A DNA stretch of 64,000 nucleotides from Glaucostegus cemiculus (GCA_976551045.1 CDPCPM010000014.1:38068001-38132000), one strand, 5' to 3'. Numbered from the stretch's first letter, positions 50,459 to 63,834 are shown. The notes: a model not told the origin generated them from the letters alone. A program made the numbers and translations.

Positions 50459-53288
50459 GTTTTTAATTTTCACCAACTCATGTCATTAGAACTTGTTCAC
50501 TTAGCTTGATGTACCTTTATGGCCATGTGGTTTTGGTGGAGCTGTTGCTCGTGATGTTGCATAACATGAAGTTTCCTGGCCACTGGAGGGATTTGAGCCA
50601 CATAATGATACTGATAAAGCCAATGAATAGCAGGTAGTCAAGTAAGTGGCAACAATCAGCATTTTATGATGTGACATGTTAAGCAACTGTTTCATTGACC
50701 AAGGGAGACTTGATGGGAAATTACCTACTGATTCTGATCTGAATCACACAATGATCTGTTGCCTGACTTGGAGATAAAACTTTGCTTGTTGGCTAGTTGT
50801 GTTCCTCTTTGAGGTTGGTTCTGGATCCTTTCACTTAATCTTCTTTGTATGTAAGCTGTACAATGTGAGAAGTGCTAATGCAAGTGAATTAGGGCTGTTT
50901 TTATTTCAGAACCCAACATCGGCATCGAGCATTCTAGTCAGCGTTAGCATAGCTAAGTGCAGAATAATTTTCTCTTCACTTTGCTCAGCACTGTACTTCA
51001 GCCCATCCCAGTATACATTTGTGTCAGTGTGTATGTGCATCAGTAAAATCATTTGGATGAGACGACAATTCTGGGAATAAAAGAATAATCCAATCAAAGT
51101 GTTCCATGTGTCTGTTACTTTCTTTTTGTTTTTTCTCCAGCATGCAAACTATGATGGTTAGGTCATTTCAAACTTAACTTGTCCAATAACATCTTGAAAT
51201 TATAATGAGTGCATAATTTTATCTATGACACGGACACAAAATACTTAAATATTCCCCCAGACTCTAATTAAGCTAATCTGATCTGCTATAAAGTTGAGGT
51301 GAGTGCTTTTGATTTCACAGTAAGATGTATTTTCAGCCCACATCAAGATATTGGTTCCTGATTTATTTTGCCATTTCTCTTGATAACCGCATTTCATAGC
51401 TGCTAACTACTGTGTCTGAGAATAATACTGCATACATGTGGCTTTCCCCAGTGGTGAAAGCTGCCACTATCCAATTAGTCTTTTAAAAATAGCAAGAAAT
51501 AAAATTTAAATTGCTCTGTGCAACCTGAGCTCTTTTGTGTTATACTTTAAAAGTGCTGCATAACATTTAAAAGCCTAGCAGAATAGCTGACAGCTATCTG
51601 GGATTTATATCCTGCAGCATTACTACCCTTAGGGCAATTTATAATAAGGTGGCAAGCTTCAACCACAGAACGTTAACCCCTTCACTTGCAATTCATTAGT
51701 TTACGCTGTGGCACTTGTAATACATACAGAATTCTGTCTTTGAATTGTCACACAACCGGCAAGGTTAGAACTCAGCTTCCCAAAAGTGATGGTGCTGTTT
51801 CAGAGGTACAAAGACAATGTAAATTTGCAGTTCCAGGAATGATGGGAGCTGCTGTGTGAAAGGTAAGACTGGAAAAAATTCAGTTAAAGAGACTGTGTTA
51901 TATTTTTTTCTGGAAAGGAATTAACTAGGAAGCACTGTTAAAAATATCTCTGGATACTATTGATTCACATAGAACAAAGATGTTTTGAGTGGAAACCTGC
52001 TAAGTTGGTTGGACTAGCATATTGTTACCAGGCAATGTGATGTTAAAGAGAATCCTTGGGTGAGAAGAGGAGGGAAAGATAGAGTTAGGTTTCCTGCCTG
52101 GTATGTTGTGGTTCCAACCTGGTAGTGTTTGTTGAATTAAGACAAGGAGAAGATCAAGTTGGACATGATTGCCCTAGCCCCTTTATACCCTCCTCCCACT
52201 CCACATTATCAAATAGGCAGCTGCAACCCAGGGACTTGTAATTCGAATGAACAAGCAAGTTAGTAGAAAGTACAAACCACCAGTGCCCCAGCATGCACCA
52301 GTATTGTAAGGACAGAAAAAAATAAATCCAGTTTTTGTTTATCTGTAAGTGAAATTCCACTGATAAAATATGCATGAACTCAGTCCACAATGAATCAATT
52401 CTTTCTTGCAAACATAAGTATTTACCTGATAGTTTGTCAGCAGCACCAGCAGCTAATGTAGAGAGAAGTATTTTTTTGTCCAGGGCCATTTTATAGATTG
52501 TCAAGCAATTTGTTCAAAGCTAAAATGCTGCTTCCCATTATGAGACCACAGTTACCAATGACTGAGTGAAACCTGGCATGTACATAGTCTTATCTGGGAG
52601 CTGTCATATCTTGAAAATCATTTGATTGCAGCACTCAAGTTACTTACGCAGTGTTGCCAAAGTTATCTAATGGTTGTTAAGGCTCCAGAACACCAATTTA
52701 TGTTGGTTACTTCAGATTCATGAATAGTACAAAAACACACCTTTTGGGTATGTATTTTAAGGCAGTTATGGCTCAAAAATGAGCTATACCAAATGAAAAA
52801 ATTGTCGAGGCACAAACAGTCAATTAACATTGTTGAGATTTATTTATTTATGTTCTCAACAATTTTTTCTCTGGTTCTCTTGGAATGTTCTCTGGGTTAC
52901 TGTTCCAGCCAAGCCTTGATGCTGGATTGTACAAATTGAATAATTCATGTGTGAGCTATGGTAAAGGTCCCGTCTAAAACATAGAATGTTTCTCACTATT
53001 CAATCCTACAAATTAAAAATAAAGTTCTTCAACACTTAAAACACTAAAAGAACTTCGAAGTAATACCAAATAATGTGAAAGAATCTACATTAGCAAGTAA
53101 ATCTTCTCCCTCTCCTTCCACTGAAATTATTGGAGAATACCTGCTGTAACTTGCCATAAGTTGTTTGAGTGGTTCCTGCCATTGTAAGCGGTAGGAAATT
53201 GGCACAACTTCTCTTTTTCTGTTTGTCTCTGGAGCCCATTGTCTCTGGAGTCCAAACCGGAAAAACAATTGGGATAACTACCACTACA

Positions 53289-53632
53289 GGGGCCACTATG
53301 GTGCAACTGGTAGAGCCATTGCCTCAGAGTACTGGACATCTGAATTCAATCCTGATCTCAGGTGCTGTCTGTGTGGAGTTTGCACGTTTTCACTGTGATG
53401 GCATGGATTTCCTCTGGATACTCCGGTTTTTTCTCACATCCCAAAGATGTGTGGGCTGGTAGGTTAATTGACCACTGTAATTTGCCTCTAGTGTGTAGGT
53501 GAGTGGTGGAATCTGGAGGGAGCTGATGGGAATGTGGAGAGAACAAAATAGAATTTGTGTAAAATAGATAGTTAATGATTGGCGAAGACTTGATGATTGA
53601 AGGGCCTGTTTTCATGCTGTATCTCTCTATGA
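53289..53632 (+). mobile_element. V-type SINE with CR1-like tail (HE1-like)
   Basis: tRNA-like head, core ggatttcctctggatactccggttttttctcacatcccaaaga, tail gaagggcctgttttcatgctgtatctct matching CR1 termini. Confidence 0.85.
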
Positions 53633-54290
53633 CAACAACTAACTGCAGTATTGGGACTTCAAAGGTCACGTGTGTATTCTAAAGTTTTGAAATATCCCAC
53701 AGGGAGAGTTTGGCAGTTACATGGCCATTTTTTTCCTGCAATATCCTGTACAGAGCAGATACCTCACCTAGTTATTTCCAGCTAAAGCAGTTGGATGGTG
53801 ATTTGGAGCAGAAACATGGGACATTTGTTTCTAATCCTGGAATATTTTAGCTACTCAGAGTGGATTCTCCTCCTGCCTTGCCTGAGATCAACTGCTTAGT
53901 TCAGTACTTAGTTCATACTACTGACTGAGCCCGGCATTGTGATTATAGGATAAACCTGCTGATGTGTCAGGAGTGGAAGAATGATGCTTTTGATCTAAAT
54001 AAAGTGATGAAGTGCTAAAATGCACTTGAATTTTTTTTAATAGAAATGCAAAATGAATGTTGAATGGTAGAATTTGAAGAATGAGAAAAAGGGAAAGAGG
54101 GGAATTAAAAGCAGAAATCTTGACAATGTACATGATATATAGCAATAGATATTTTGGTGGTATAAATCTGATCATGATGTATTATTAAAGCAGTACATAG
54201 GTGTGTTCTAATCTGAAACCCGTTTAGAAATAGTTAGCTTTGGCATCAGAAAATGTTTGATTGCAACCAGGAGTCAAACATTAAACTCTA

Positions 54291-54865
54291 TCTGAAATAA
54301 AATGCGAGAAATAACCGACAGATCAGGCAGAATATGTGGTCAGGGAGATAAAATTAAAGTTTCTGGCTGATGCCTTTTTACCAGAACTAGGAAAAGCTAA
54401 CAATCAAAGATGTTTTTGCAGAAGGAGGAAGGGTAGAGAGAACAGAGGGAATGCCTATGATAGAGTGCAGAACAAGAAAGACTAATTGACAGAGACGGTG
54501 TCAGTGATGGTTGAGAGAGGTGGTGAAGGTTTGTTAATCGTATTTGATCTACTTGGAGATGTAAGTAGAATCAGTTGAATAAGAATAGAGGAGAAAAAGA
54601 AAAAAATAATGCTGGAGCTGCAGGATATGAAACACCCAGCAAGTACCCAGCAGGTCATGCAGCATCTATGAAGAGAGAAAAACTGAGTTAGCATTACAGA
54701 TTGATGACCTTTAATCAAGGTGATGCTGCTCCATGAGCTTACATTGGGCTTCATTGAACAGTGCAAGAGCCAAAGAAAGAGAGAGGTGAGAGCAGTCACC
54801 CATTCTGCATTTGGTTTCTACAGTGAAAGGTCATCAATCTGTAACATTAACTTTTTTCTCTCCCC
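54291..54865. mobile_element. Compound Penelope-like terminal repeats
   Basis: Two minus heads (54291, about 54598) and one plus fragment (54820-54865); 54291-54550 is similar to 60145-60425. Confidence 0.7.
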
Positions 54866-55599
54866 ATTTAAAAAATAAAGGGTTGCCCATTTAAGAAGCT
54901 GTCAGCCTGACCCTATTTCCAAAGACACCCTATTATAATTTCTGTGCCAGAAGGTCAAGATTACTTGACAGCAAAAACAAAGAATCAAATGATACAGTAA
55001 CACCTTACTGGCTTCAGAACAGAATATAGAAATTAACTTTGATAACCAAACCATGCAAAATAATGATATGAATATGAAATATTCAAACTTATGATATTAC
55101 ATTGTAGACCGTATGTGATTAAAGAACAGTCAGAATAGAGGTGATTACTTACAGTCACCTTGGCTCAGCATGCAACTCAGACATCATTGTTTCCTCATCT
55201 TTCAGCTGTCATCTGAATTAGACATTTGTGAAACATGCCATACAGGAGACTTAAACAGGAGAATCTTCTGAACATAATTAAGGGTGTAGAATTTGCTTTC
55301 AGGACTAGTGCTCAAGATAAGATTGGACATAAAGATGAAAGAAAAAGGGTTGAAAGGATGTTGGAACATGATGAATAAATACGATAGTATTATTTGGTTA
55401 AGTGAAGGCTAAAGGCCAACATGGTAAATGGATTGGATTGCTAAGAGGTCTAGTTTTGTATTACAACCTCTAAATACCATTTTGGATATAGAAACAATTG
55501 AAGTCCAAAAGTGAAGTTTCTTCCCTTTTACATGATGCATATGAATTTTATTTGCATTGTAAACTAACAAAAAAGAGACTTACATTAGGTGCCCAACCC

Positions 55600-56078
55600 T
55601 GCCAATGAGGACATTGCATTCTCATAGAAACAAGAAGGCAGTTGTGTTGCCCATGTGCAGAGTTAAGGCTTGAAGATGATGATTGTTCTGGAAGGCATGT
55701 CATTTGCACATCTGAAACCAGATCCCAAAATGGACATTAATTTACCAGCTCTGTCATTAGAAGAGATTACCTGGTGGACAGAGGTGAAGATTCAAGGATA
55801 TCCTCAAAACCTCCTTGAAAAAAATTGCAAGATCCTCTCTGATTCCTGGGAATTCCTGGCCCATAATCATTCAAAGTGGAGAAGGAACCTCAAGTTCATG
55901 TGCCAGGAGCACAAACAAGCCCAGCCTAAGTGGTGGAAGAAGTTCACAACCTCACAAGCTACCAACCTCTCCACCCTGTGATGGAGTCTGCAGGTCTCAC
56001 ATTGATATCATTAGCCATCTCAGAGCCTGCAAAACTGGAATGGAAGCAAGTTGCTCTCGATCGTGAGGGATCTCCTGA
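55600..56078 (+). mobile_element. RTE LINE 3' fragment
   Basis: FKDILK-, DSWEFLAHNHSKWRR- and ISHLR-like blocks parallel 20147-20485. Confidence 0.85.
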
Positions 56079-56299
56079 GAAAAGAAAAGGATAGGAAATC
56101 CATTTTTTTTACTTGCTACCTATCTGCTTTGAAGTCATTTGACTATGTCGCACTCTGGAAATTGCATTTTGAACATCTCAATTCACATTAAGCAAGTGAC
56201 TGGGGGTGCTTTGGCTCTGCCTTTTCATAGGTAGTTGATCAATAGATTGGGCAGAATGTAATAAACAGCAGTGAATGCTAAAAAAAGATTTAGAAGGAA

Positions 56300-57100
56300 G
56301 GAAAAATTAAATTGCGGAGCTCTGAGATACCAAGGTATCTTGATGTCCTTGTGCATGATTTGTGAAAGACTGGTATGCCAATACAGCAAGTAGTTTGGAA
56401 AGCTAACAGATGTTACTGTTTATTTCTACAGATTTGAATACAAAAGTAAGGAAGATATGCTTCATTTAAATAGGGTATTGGTGAGACCTGTCTGGAGCAT
56501 TGCACAACATTGGTCTCATTTAAGGAACAATGTTAACACATTGGAAGCAGTTCGGGGAAGACTTACTCAATTAATACTCAGAATTGGAAATGACTGAGTT
56601 CTTCCAGCATTTGTGTTTTTGTCCAGGAATAGGTGGGTTGTCAAATGAAAAAAGGTTGGAGAGGCTAGGCGTTTATCTACTAGACATCAAAAGAGTGAGA
56701 GAGAAGTTGCTTGCAACATAAAAGACCCTGAGGGCTTTGACAAAGTGGATGTGGAGAATTTGATTCCTCATATGGGAAAATCTAGAGTTAGGGATCAATG
56801 ATTATAAATAAGGGGTCGCTCATTTAAATCAGAGGTGTGGAATATTTTTTCCTCTCTGTGGTTTGTGAGACTTTGGAACTCTCTTCTTCAAAGGTTTATT
56901 CTGGTGCATACGACAATAAACCAATCTGAATCTGAAGGCAGAGATGGAATATTTTCCGGATAGAACTAGATAGATACTCGATAAACTAGAGGGTAACAGG
57001 TTACTGTGGGAACATAGGAATATGGAGCTGAAATTACAATCACATCAACAATGAACTAATTTAGTTGCACAGCTGCCTCAAGAGGCTGTGGCCTCCTCCA
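56300..57100 (+). mobile_element. Old CR1 3' fragment with two tiny nested insertions
   Basis: LVRPxLEHC-like ttggtgagacctgtctggagcattgc; PLE snippet at about 56590-56625 and Rex-type tail (caataaaccaatctgaatctgaa) at about 56895-56936. Confidence 0.8.
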
Positions 57101-57595
57101 TCTGGCCTTTTATTTTCCTTTGGTTATTAATGTGAACACATTAGTACTCCATATAAAATAAAACTTATAGTAAACTGTCTGAAAATTACTCTTACAATAT
57201 TTTCATCATGACTATCAACAGCAAATAAAGTTGTAAAATATATGTAGCAGTTGTAATAAAGCAAGCATAGTCTGCATATTTATGTCCATGAATATTTAAA
57301 CTTTAACTGTGGCATGATGGAAAACCTCTGAAAAATTGCTTTTGCGTATGACTGTTGATGGAATTATATATTTACTTTACTACAATAAACCACATGCCAG
57401 TATTTTAAAATAGCAACCTAGATACCAGCTGTTGTTCAAACAATTTTTGTGTTTTGCAAGTACCTATACAGGTGGCAGCAATAAAAAATAGATGGGAACC
57501 AGGTGTTTACCTGAGTATTGTTCTCACTTGTTAAAGGTTGAACCACTGCAGTGGAAATTGATCCACAAAAAAAGAATAGAAATTAATTTGCATTA

Positions 57596-58427
57596 TGTTA
57601 TGAACCCAGCAACAAAAGAAGCACACCAAGTCATACTTCAGTGTTAAAACTACTTTATTAATAACTACTTCCGATAATACGTAAAATAAGAATAAAAAGT
57701 TAGTATATTAGTACAAAAAAAATGTTAGAATCTTAAACTGTAACCCCAAAAACTCCTCGTCGTGTGTGTGTGTGGCAAATTCCTAAACTCCAAGTCCAGG
57801 AATTAGTTCTTAAAGTTCAGTTCATTAAGCCATAAGATGAAACACGAGTAGAGGCTTCTTCACAAGCACCGTCCACCGAAGACAAAACATAGATATAGAG
57901 AGAGCTTAGCGAGGAATCACAAAATCCGAATGTTCCACTCAGAATTCAAACAACACTTCAGGGCTTACTCGATATTGACTTTCTCACCCCGAAAACTCCT
58001 TGATCGTGACTGTCCATGCAAATACCTGTGTTCTTCTACAGGTTAGAAGCAAAGTGAATTCCATCACTTTGTTTCACAATATCTGCCACTCTGAAGAGCA
58101 TCCCAAAATGTGGTCATCCACGCAAACACCTGTGTTCTTCTACAGGTTACTGACAAAAGTGGACTCCACTGGACTACTCCAGAAATCCATCCGAGGATTG
58201 TAGTGACAAACGCAGTTACTGTCCTTCATCCATCGACAGAAACAAAACAGGCTGCCATGCCTCTTTCCTCTCTCCGTCTGTCTTGTCTTTCTCTCTTTCT
58301 TGTAATGACCTCATCACGTTCGTCTTATCTTCTGTTGACGTAATATGTTCTTATAGGCGCACACACACACACACACAAAATGTCCGTCTTAAAGGGACAT
58401 TTGCCGGTAGTAAGCTACTTTGTAACA
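57596..58427 (-). mobile_element. Solo LTR, 832 bp, Gypsy-like
   Basis: Termini TGTTA...TAACA; flanks ATTA/GTTA (4-bp TSD, one mismatch consistent with CpG decay); AATAAA on the minus strand at 57654-57659; many CpGs retained. Confidence 0.8.
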
Positions 58428-58499
58428 GTTACTTCAGATCAGAAAAGCTCACATGTGAGTACTGCTGTTTGTTTCCTCACCCCATTGCATGTACTAAAA

Positions 58500-58672
58500 G
58501 CATTCTTAATGTGCAAGAGTGGACCACCTTCCCAGCTGCCCACCCTGGTAGCTGCCACCTGACCCATTTGTGGAAGAGTCTGTGATGCCTACATTGGCTT
58601 CATTACCACCTCAGGACCCACGAAACCAAAGTGGAAACAAGTCATCCTTGATCGTGAAGGACTGCCTAAGAT
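58500..58672 (+). mobile_element. RTE 3' end
   Basis: tgtggaagagtctgt...cacctcaggacccac...gtcatccttgatcgtgaaggactgcctaag. Confidence 0.8.
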
Positions 58673-59097
58673 TTTTTTCTACCTTAAAAGATTTAGTACG
58701 TATTGAACTTCCAGAAGTTCTTATTTAAATCGAGAAATTGCCCCTGTGTTGTGGAATTATAACATGCCATATTTTGATGCTCTCTCCTCTCTGCTCTAAC
58801 CTAAAGTAACCCATCGGCAAGCAGTGACAGAAGCTTATCATCCTCCCCCTGACGTGTGTCCTCCATTTACAAGTGTTATCAGTTGCCAAGGCCCTAGGTT
58901 CTTGAATTATCTGAGAATCTTTTTGTATCGCTTCTTTTACATTTTAATGCACTTCTTGAAATCTGCTTGTTTAGTGTAGGATTTTGGTCACCTGCCTTAA
59001 CGTCTCCTTACGTTACATGACACTTTCTTTTGTTTGATGAAGCTCAAAGCACATTAGACTTTCATGCTTTGTTATGGGTGTTGTTTAAGTGGGATTT

Positions 59098-59272
59098 TGG
59101 AGGGAGCAATGGGGGAGAGAGTGTGGAGCACTTCTAGGGAGAGGATGTTGAGCGATTTAAGGGAGAGAGTGGGAAGCGATTTGGGGATGGGGGAGAGAGG
59201 GAGGTAGGGTGAAGAAAGAGGGAGATGGCGGGAGAGAAGGTGAGTGTGGGGGAGCAGAGACAGAGGGAGGCA
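59098..59272 (+). repeat. G/A-rich low-complexity tract with G-quadruplex motif
   Basis: GGGG-AT-GGGGG-AGAGA-GGG-AGGTA-GGG at 59183-59209. Confidence 0.7.
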
Positions 59273-60144
59273 GGTTACAGTATGGCATGGGGATGTTGCT
59301 TCTATGGAATTTGGTATGGTTCGCCACTTGCTGACCAAAAAGTGGGTTGGGGCAGCAAATGGATCCCAATTGAATCATGCCTTGAAACTGACTCCTGACA
59401 GTTTAAGAGCACCCAGAACATATGAAGGATAGGGTTAGTCAACTCAGGCCACTCCCCACCAAGTTAAAAGAAAAACTATTTTGACTGTAACTGAGTTACT
59501 TGGTAATGGAGTATATAGTTGGGTCAGAGGGTGTCAGTGCTGTGCAAGAAGCTTCAAATAGACTATTGCAGAGAATTAAGGTGTGTTGCGTTGGAGGAGG
59601 TTACACAGAAAGGAAAAGACAAACCCATACGGAGACATGGACATGCAGAGAATTGTAAACTACATTATTAAAGATATTAAATGGAAATCGTTTTCCTATG
59701 GACCTTTAGAAAATATTAGTATTCTGTTATTTTTAGCAACATGAATAAAACCGTAATTTATTTGTGATTATTTTCTTTAATTGTCCTACACATTATTAAT
59801 TACTTTGCAATCCTAAACCAAAGAGTGAATACTTCTGATCTTTGTTTAAATCTTTTAATAAGAGCTTAGCTGAAGCCTTTAGTCTTGGTAATTTTATGGA
59901 ATTAAGCTAAAAATAAAAGGATACAATTGAAAATGTTCCAGTTTGTGGAGATGTAACCGTTCAATTTAACTTGAATTGACACATCAAATTCACTTGCAGC
60001 AAAATTACTTCTAAATGGAAAATTCACTTCCATGCTTGCATTCCTTTTCCATGCATAAAGTTCCAGTTCATTTGGAATTGTGGTCATTGACATTTATTCC
60101 TGCTTATACCATCTGTATTTGTTTTGAGTAATTGCGTGGCCCCT

Positions 60145-60607
60145 AAACAGAAATACTGCATCAGGTTCGGTAGTATCAATGGCGAGAGGAACTGAGTTAT
60201 AGTTCAGTAATCTTTTATCAAAGCTAGAAAAAACTTAGACATCACACATATTTAAAGTTGCAGGGAACTTCAGAGGGTAGGGGCAGAAGTGCTAAGCTGC
60301 AGAGAAGGAAGGTAATGCCTACAATGGAAAGGGCAGAGACCAAGAGAGATTAAATGACACGTGGTGGTGGTGGTGCTGCAGGGTGACAGAGTGTGGTAAA
60401 GGCTGGTTAATCACAGCTGATCTCCTCCAGCTCAGTCCCCTTGGATATTCCCTTTGTTCTTTCCAAAACACCCTTATCTCTGCTTGTTTTATTTCTTTGT
60501 TCTCTTAAAGGCTATTGACCGAAAGTATTGACTCTGTTTCTCCCTCCACAGATGCTGCTTGACCCATTGAGTGTCCAGCATTTTCTGTTTTTATTTCAGA
60601 TGTCCAT
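60145..60607. mobile_element. Penelope-derived element with inverted termini
   Basis: Left aaacagaaatactg...gagaggaactgagtta; right ttgaccGAAAgtattgactctgtttctccctccacagatgctgc...tccagcattttctgtttttatttcaga. Confidence 0.7.
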
Positions 60608-61245
60608 TGCCTGATTTGTTTTTGTTTTCATTTTCTTAGCTTCTTTGGCCTACATTTTAAATCTGTTAATGCTTCAAAAATGGTAAAGCTCAATTTTATG
60701 ACATTAAAAATACACTTAATTTTTTATAGAACTCTCCCTTTCTGAGACCTAACTTATTGAAAGCTTAATAGGATAGGTTGGCTCTTGGCCATTGTCAAAA
60801 TGACTGCAGAAGTAAGGACATTTTATTTGTTACCTAGTTAAATAAGTTAATATATAGACCTTTTGCTTCTCAGCATTAAATTATGCACCAGGGTACAAAA
60901 TGCAGTAAGTACTCCCACCAGTGTATCTGCCTCACCATATATCCTTGTACATTTAATGAAGGTAGTAATGGTTAAGAATTGAAGGGAATTTTATACAGTA
61001 ACCTCAGTGAACCAGACTTTGGATTCTTTTAACAAGAATTACATGTGTATGATGGAAAAGCAATACCATTTATTAGGTAAATGCCAATTATCTGTAAATA
61101 GAATAATTAAAATCTGAAGATGAACTTCAAATCAATAAATTTTCAAGACAATTGTGAAGTTTATCCAGCTCTTGGAATCAGGCATTTATGAGTTTGACCA
61201 GTGACATAGTTATTGTTTAAAATGAAAATAGAAAATTCAAGAGCC

Positions 61246-61665
61246 ATCAGAATATGATTTATTATCACTGACTTGCATGGCATGAAATTTGTTATTTTGC
61301 GGCAGCAGAACAGTGCAAGACTTAAAACTACTATAAATTGAAAAAATAATAGTGCATTAAAAAAAGGAATAACAAGGTAGTGTTCATGGACCATTCAGAA
61401 ATCTGATGGCTGAGGGAAAGAAGCAGTTTTTGAATTGTTGAGTGTGGGTCTTTAGGCTCCTGCACCACCTCCTCGATGGTAGTAACAAGAAGAGGTCATG
61501 TCCCAGATGGTGAGGGTCCTTAGTGATGGATGCCACCATCTTGAGACATTGCCTCTTGAAGATGTCCTGAATGGTTGGGAGGGCTGTGCCTGTGATGGAG
61601 CTGCCTGAGTCAACAATTCTCTGCAGCCTCTTGCAGGGTGCATTGGAGCCTTAATTCCAGGCTGG
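61246..61665 (-). mobile_element. Rex1/Babar 3' fragment
   Basis: Reverse complement aligns with 45570-45968. Confidence 0.9.
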
Positions 61666-62419
61666 ATCTGGTGGAAGAAACCAATGGAGACTACTTTTGC
61701 TTGAACTTCATAATAAATCTGGAAGCATTTTCTCAGTCATTCAACCAATTGAGACATTATTTAGACTTCCTTCTCTGAATTCCACTCAAACATCATTAAC
61801 AGATGGCATTTGTGTCACATTAAGATACAACAGGAGCCATGACTTTAGTCTGATGTGAGTGCTGCTTTTGTAACGTAAGATCACCAGAAACCAAGCTGTT
61901 GACGAGAAACCCATTGACCATTACAAAGCCTCTCTTGGATGTTTAACAATGCTTCCTGTCAATAAGATCATTGGAATAGCCAAATAGGGATAATGACCTA
62001 ATTTAAGGAAAGCATGCCTTGAACTAAACTACTAATTCATCAAGGGGAATTCTGCAATGTTTGTTGTTCTCTGATGAGGGATGGAATTTCGCACAAGAAA
62101 CATTATTCCCTATTCTCTTATTTCTGTTTTTTTAAATCTTACGTTAAAGGGTGAATCTCTTGGAATATTTATGCAAAAGTTGTATTTTTACTATTGTTCT
62201 TTTAATGTTGGGTGGAACGTTATGTTTTTCATGACTGTACATACCTGTTTTTGCTGAATAATTAGCAGAGTATGAACTTTAATATTTTGATGCATTATAA
62301 GAAAACAAGTAAGAATTCCCCATTTCGTCTTGATGCATGCAAATTATGTTCATAATTGCCAACAAAATAATGACTGGTTATCAAGAAATTAATTGATGTA
62401 AAGAGTTATCGGCATCCTC

Positions 62420-62840
62420 AGTGCATTTAAGGTGACATTTCAATACAGATTCTTTATTAACTTCAAAGCACTTTTCACAACCAGTTATTTTGGCACATAA
62501 TCACCACTGGGGGGGAAAATAGCAGCCGATTCATGACCATGTAAACAAACAGCAGATAAGCTGTAAAATGAGTCATTCTGTTCTGCTGGATTTAGCTGAG
62601 GGGCAGGAAGGGTGGTTGCATTTTGGTCAGCATACTGGGAAAGCTCCATAGCCTAAGATCTTCAGCAGCACCTGAACAGTACCTAGGCTTAATGACATTC
62701 ATGAAATATGATATCTCTGACATTACAGCATTCACAATTTTCCACTAACATGCCAAGTGTGATTATGTGGTGAGTCCTGAGCTGGGCTTGAATTTGCATT
62801 CTCTGGCTGGGATTTCTATCACTGAACCAAGGCCAACACA
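62420..62840 (-). mobile_element. Ancient Deu-domain SINE remnant
   Basis: Order of motifs ttggtcagcatactggga..., gatctt..cacctga, ctctgacattacagcattc, gattatgtg..gtcctg..gggcttgaa follows the antisense Deu-SINE core and head; heavily diverged. Confidence 0.55.
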
Positions 62841-63834
62841 TAATTAAAATACTATGTCAATAACTACCTGCCGGAGAATGGCTGTCAAATTTTCCTGTCA
62901 CTTTTCTTCAACCAGCTATTGAGGGAACTGGGTGATTCATGAATTAGTGTAGGATGAGCAGGATGGTTTTCCAAATAAAATTTTTCCAGTTTTCTACTGA
63001 CATTGCTAAGTCTTGTTCCAGTGGAATATATGGGCATCAGCTGCTGTGTTGGAATTTGTGTGAACTCCAAACAGGGAGTGCTGGCTGACTGTTGTAGCCG
63101 AGAATTGTGTCCAGTTCTCTCCCATGCAAACATCTACAGAAAGACACTTGCAAAATGTCATTTGTAACTTGAACTCTCCTTATTCAGGGTCTCTGAGGGC
63201 AGATGGGAGGATTGACATCCTGCCTGAATTTACTAACTCAGCAAAGGATAACATTTAATTGTAGTGTTCCCGGGCTTGGTTTAACATTAAATAGGGCAGC
63301 ATTTTTTGCTACTTTCTTTTAAATTTACTGACAGTAACAGTGTAACCACTCCGTCTGTCTCTTGCATCCTGCAAGAATTTTAAAAGGTTAAAAGTCTGAA
63401 AACAAGTGATTTGAATTAGTGCAAATCAGATTAGCACAGTGAGTGAAGTACAACGCTCAGATTTAGAGCGATTTATCTTGCTCAGCTGGATTCACTGAAT
63501 AAGCAACAAATCAAGCAGTAGCAGGTCGCATTGTTTCTGTCACCTGTATTGCAGTAAAAAAGATGGAGTGCCAGAATTAATACTCTTCAGTGCAGTGCAC
63601 ACCGGTGACTGTTTAACAACCATGCTAGACAGTGCCAAGAGCTAGTGGCACACTGAAGCTCAAAGCTGTCATTCCAAATGACTTGAGATCTCTATGGCAG
63701 CAGCAAGTGTTGAAAGAAGCGCTCACATTTCCTCGGATATGTAGTACTTATTAAGTTGCTGTTCATCAAATAACTGATGAGCAGATTGCAAAAAAATGTT
63801 GAGCACTATTCAAAATTTGATGTTTAAATGTAAG

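Noticed and set aside
50906-51097. 63-aa minus-strand ORF with an acceptor-like site
   Set aside because: No recognisable domain and no in-frame donor before the stop.
58006-58149. Direct repeats with spacer (CRISPR-like), likewise 46203-46282 and 13388-13484
   Set aside because: Only two units each, no array of unique spacers, eukaryotic context and no cas genes.
62072-62105. CTGATGA...GAAA hammerhead-like spacing
   Set aside because: No convincing stem II or stem I pairing and no Penelope-like flank.
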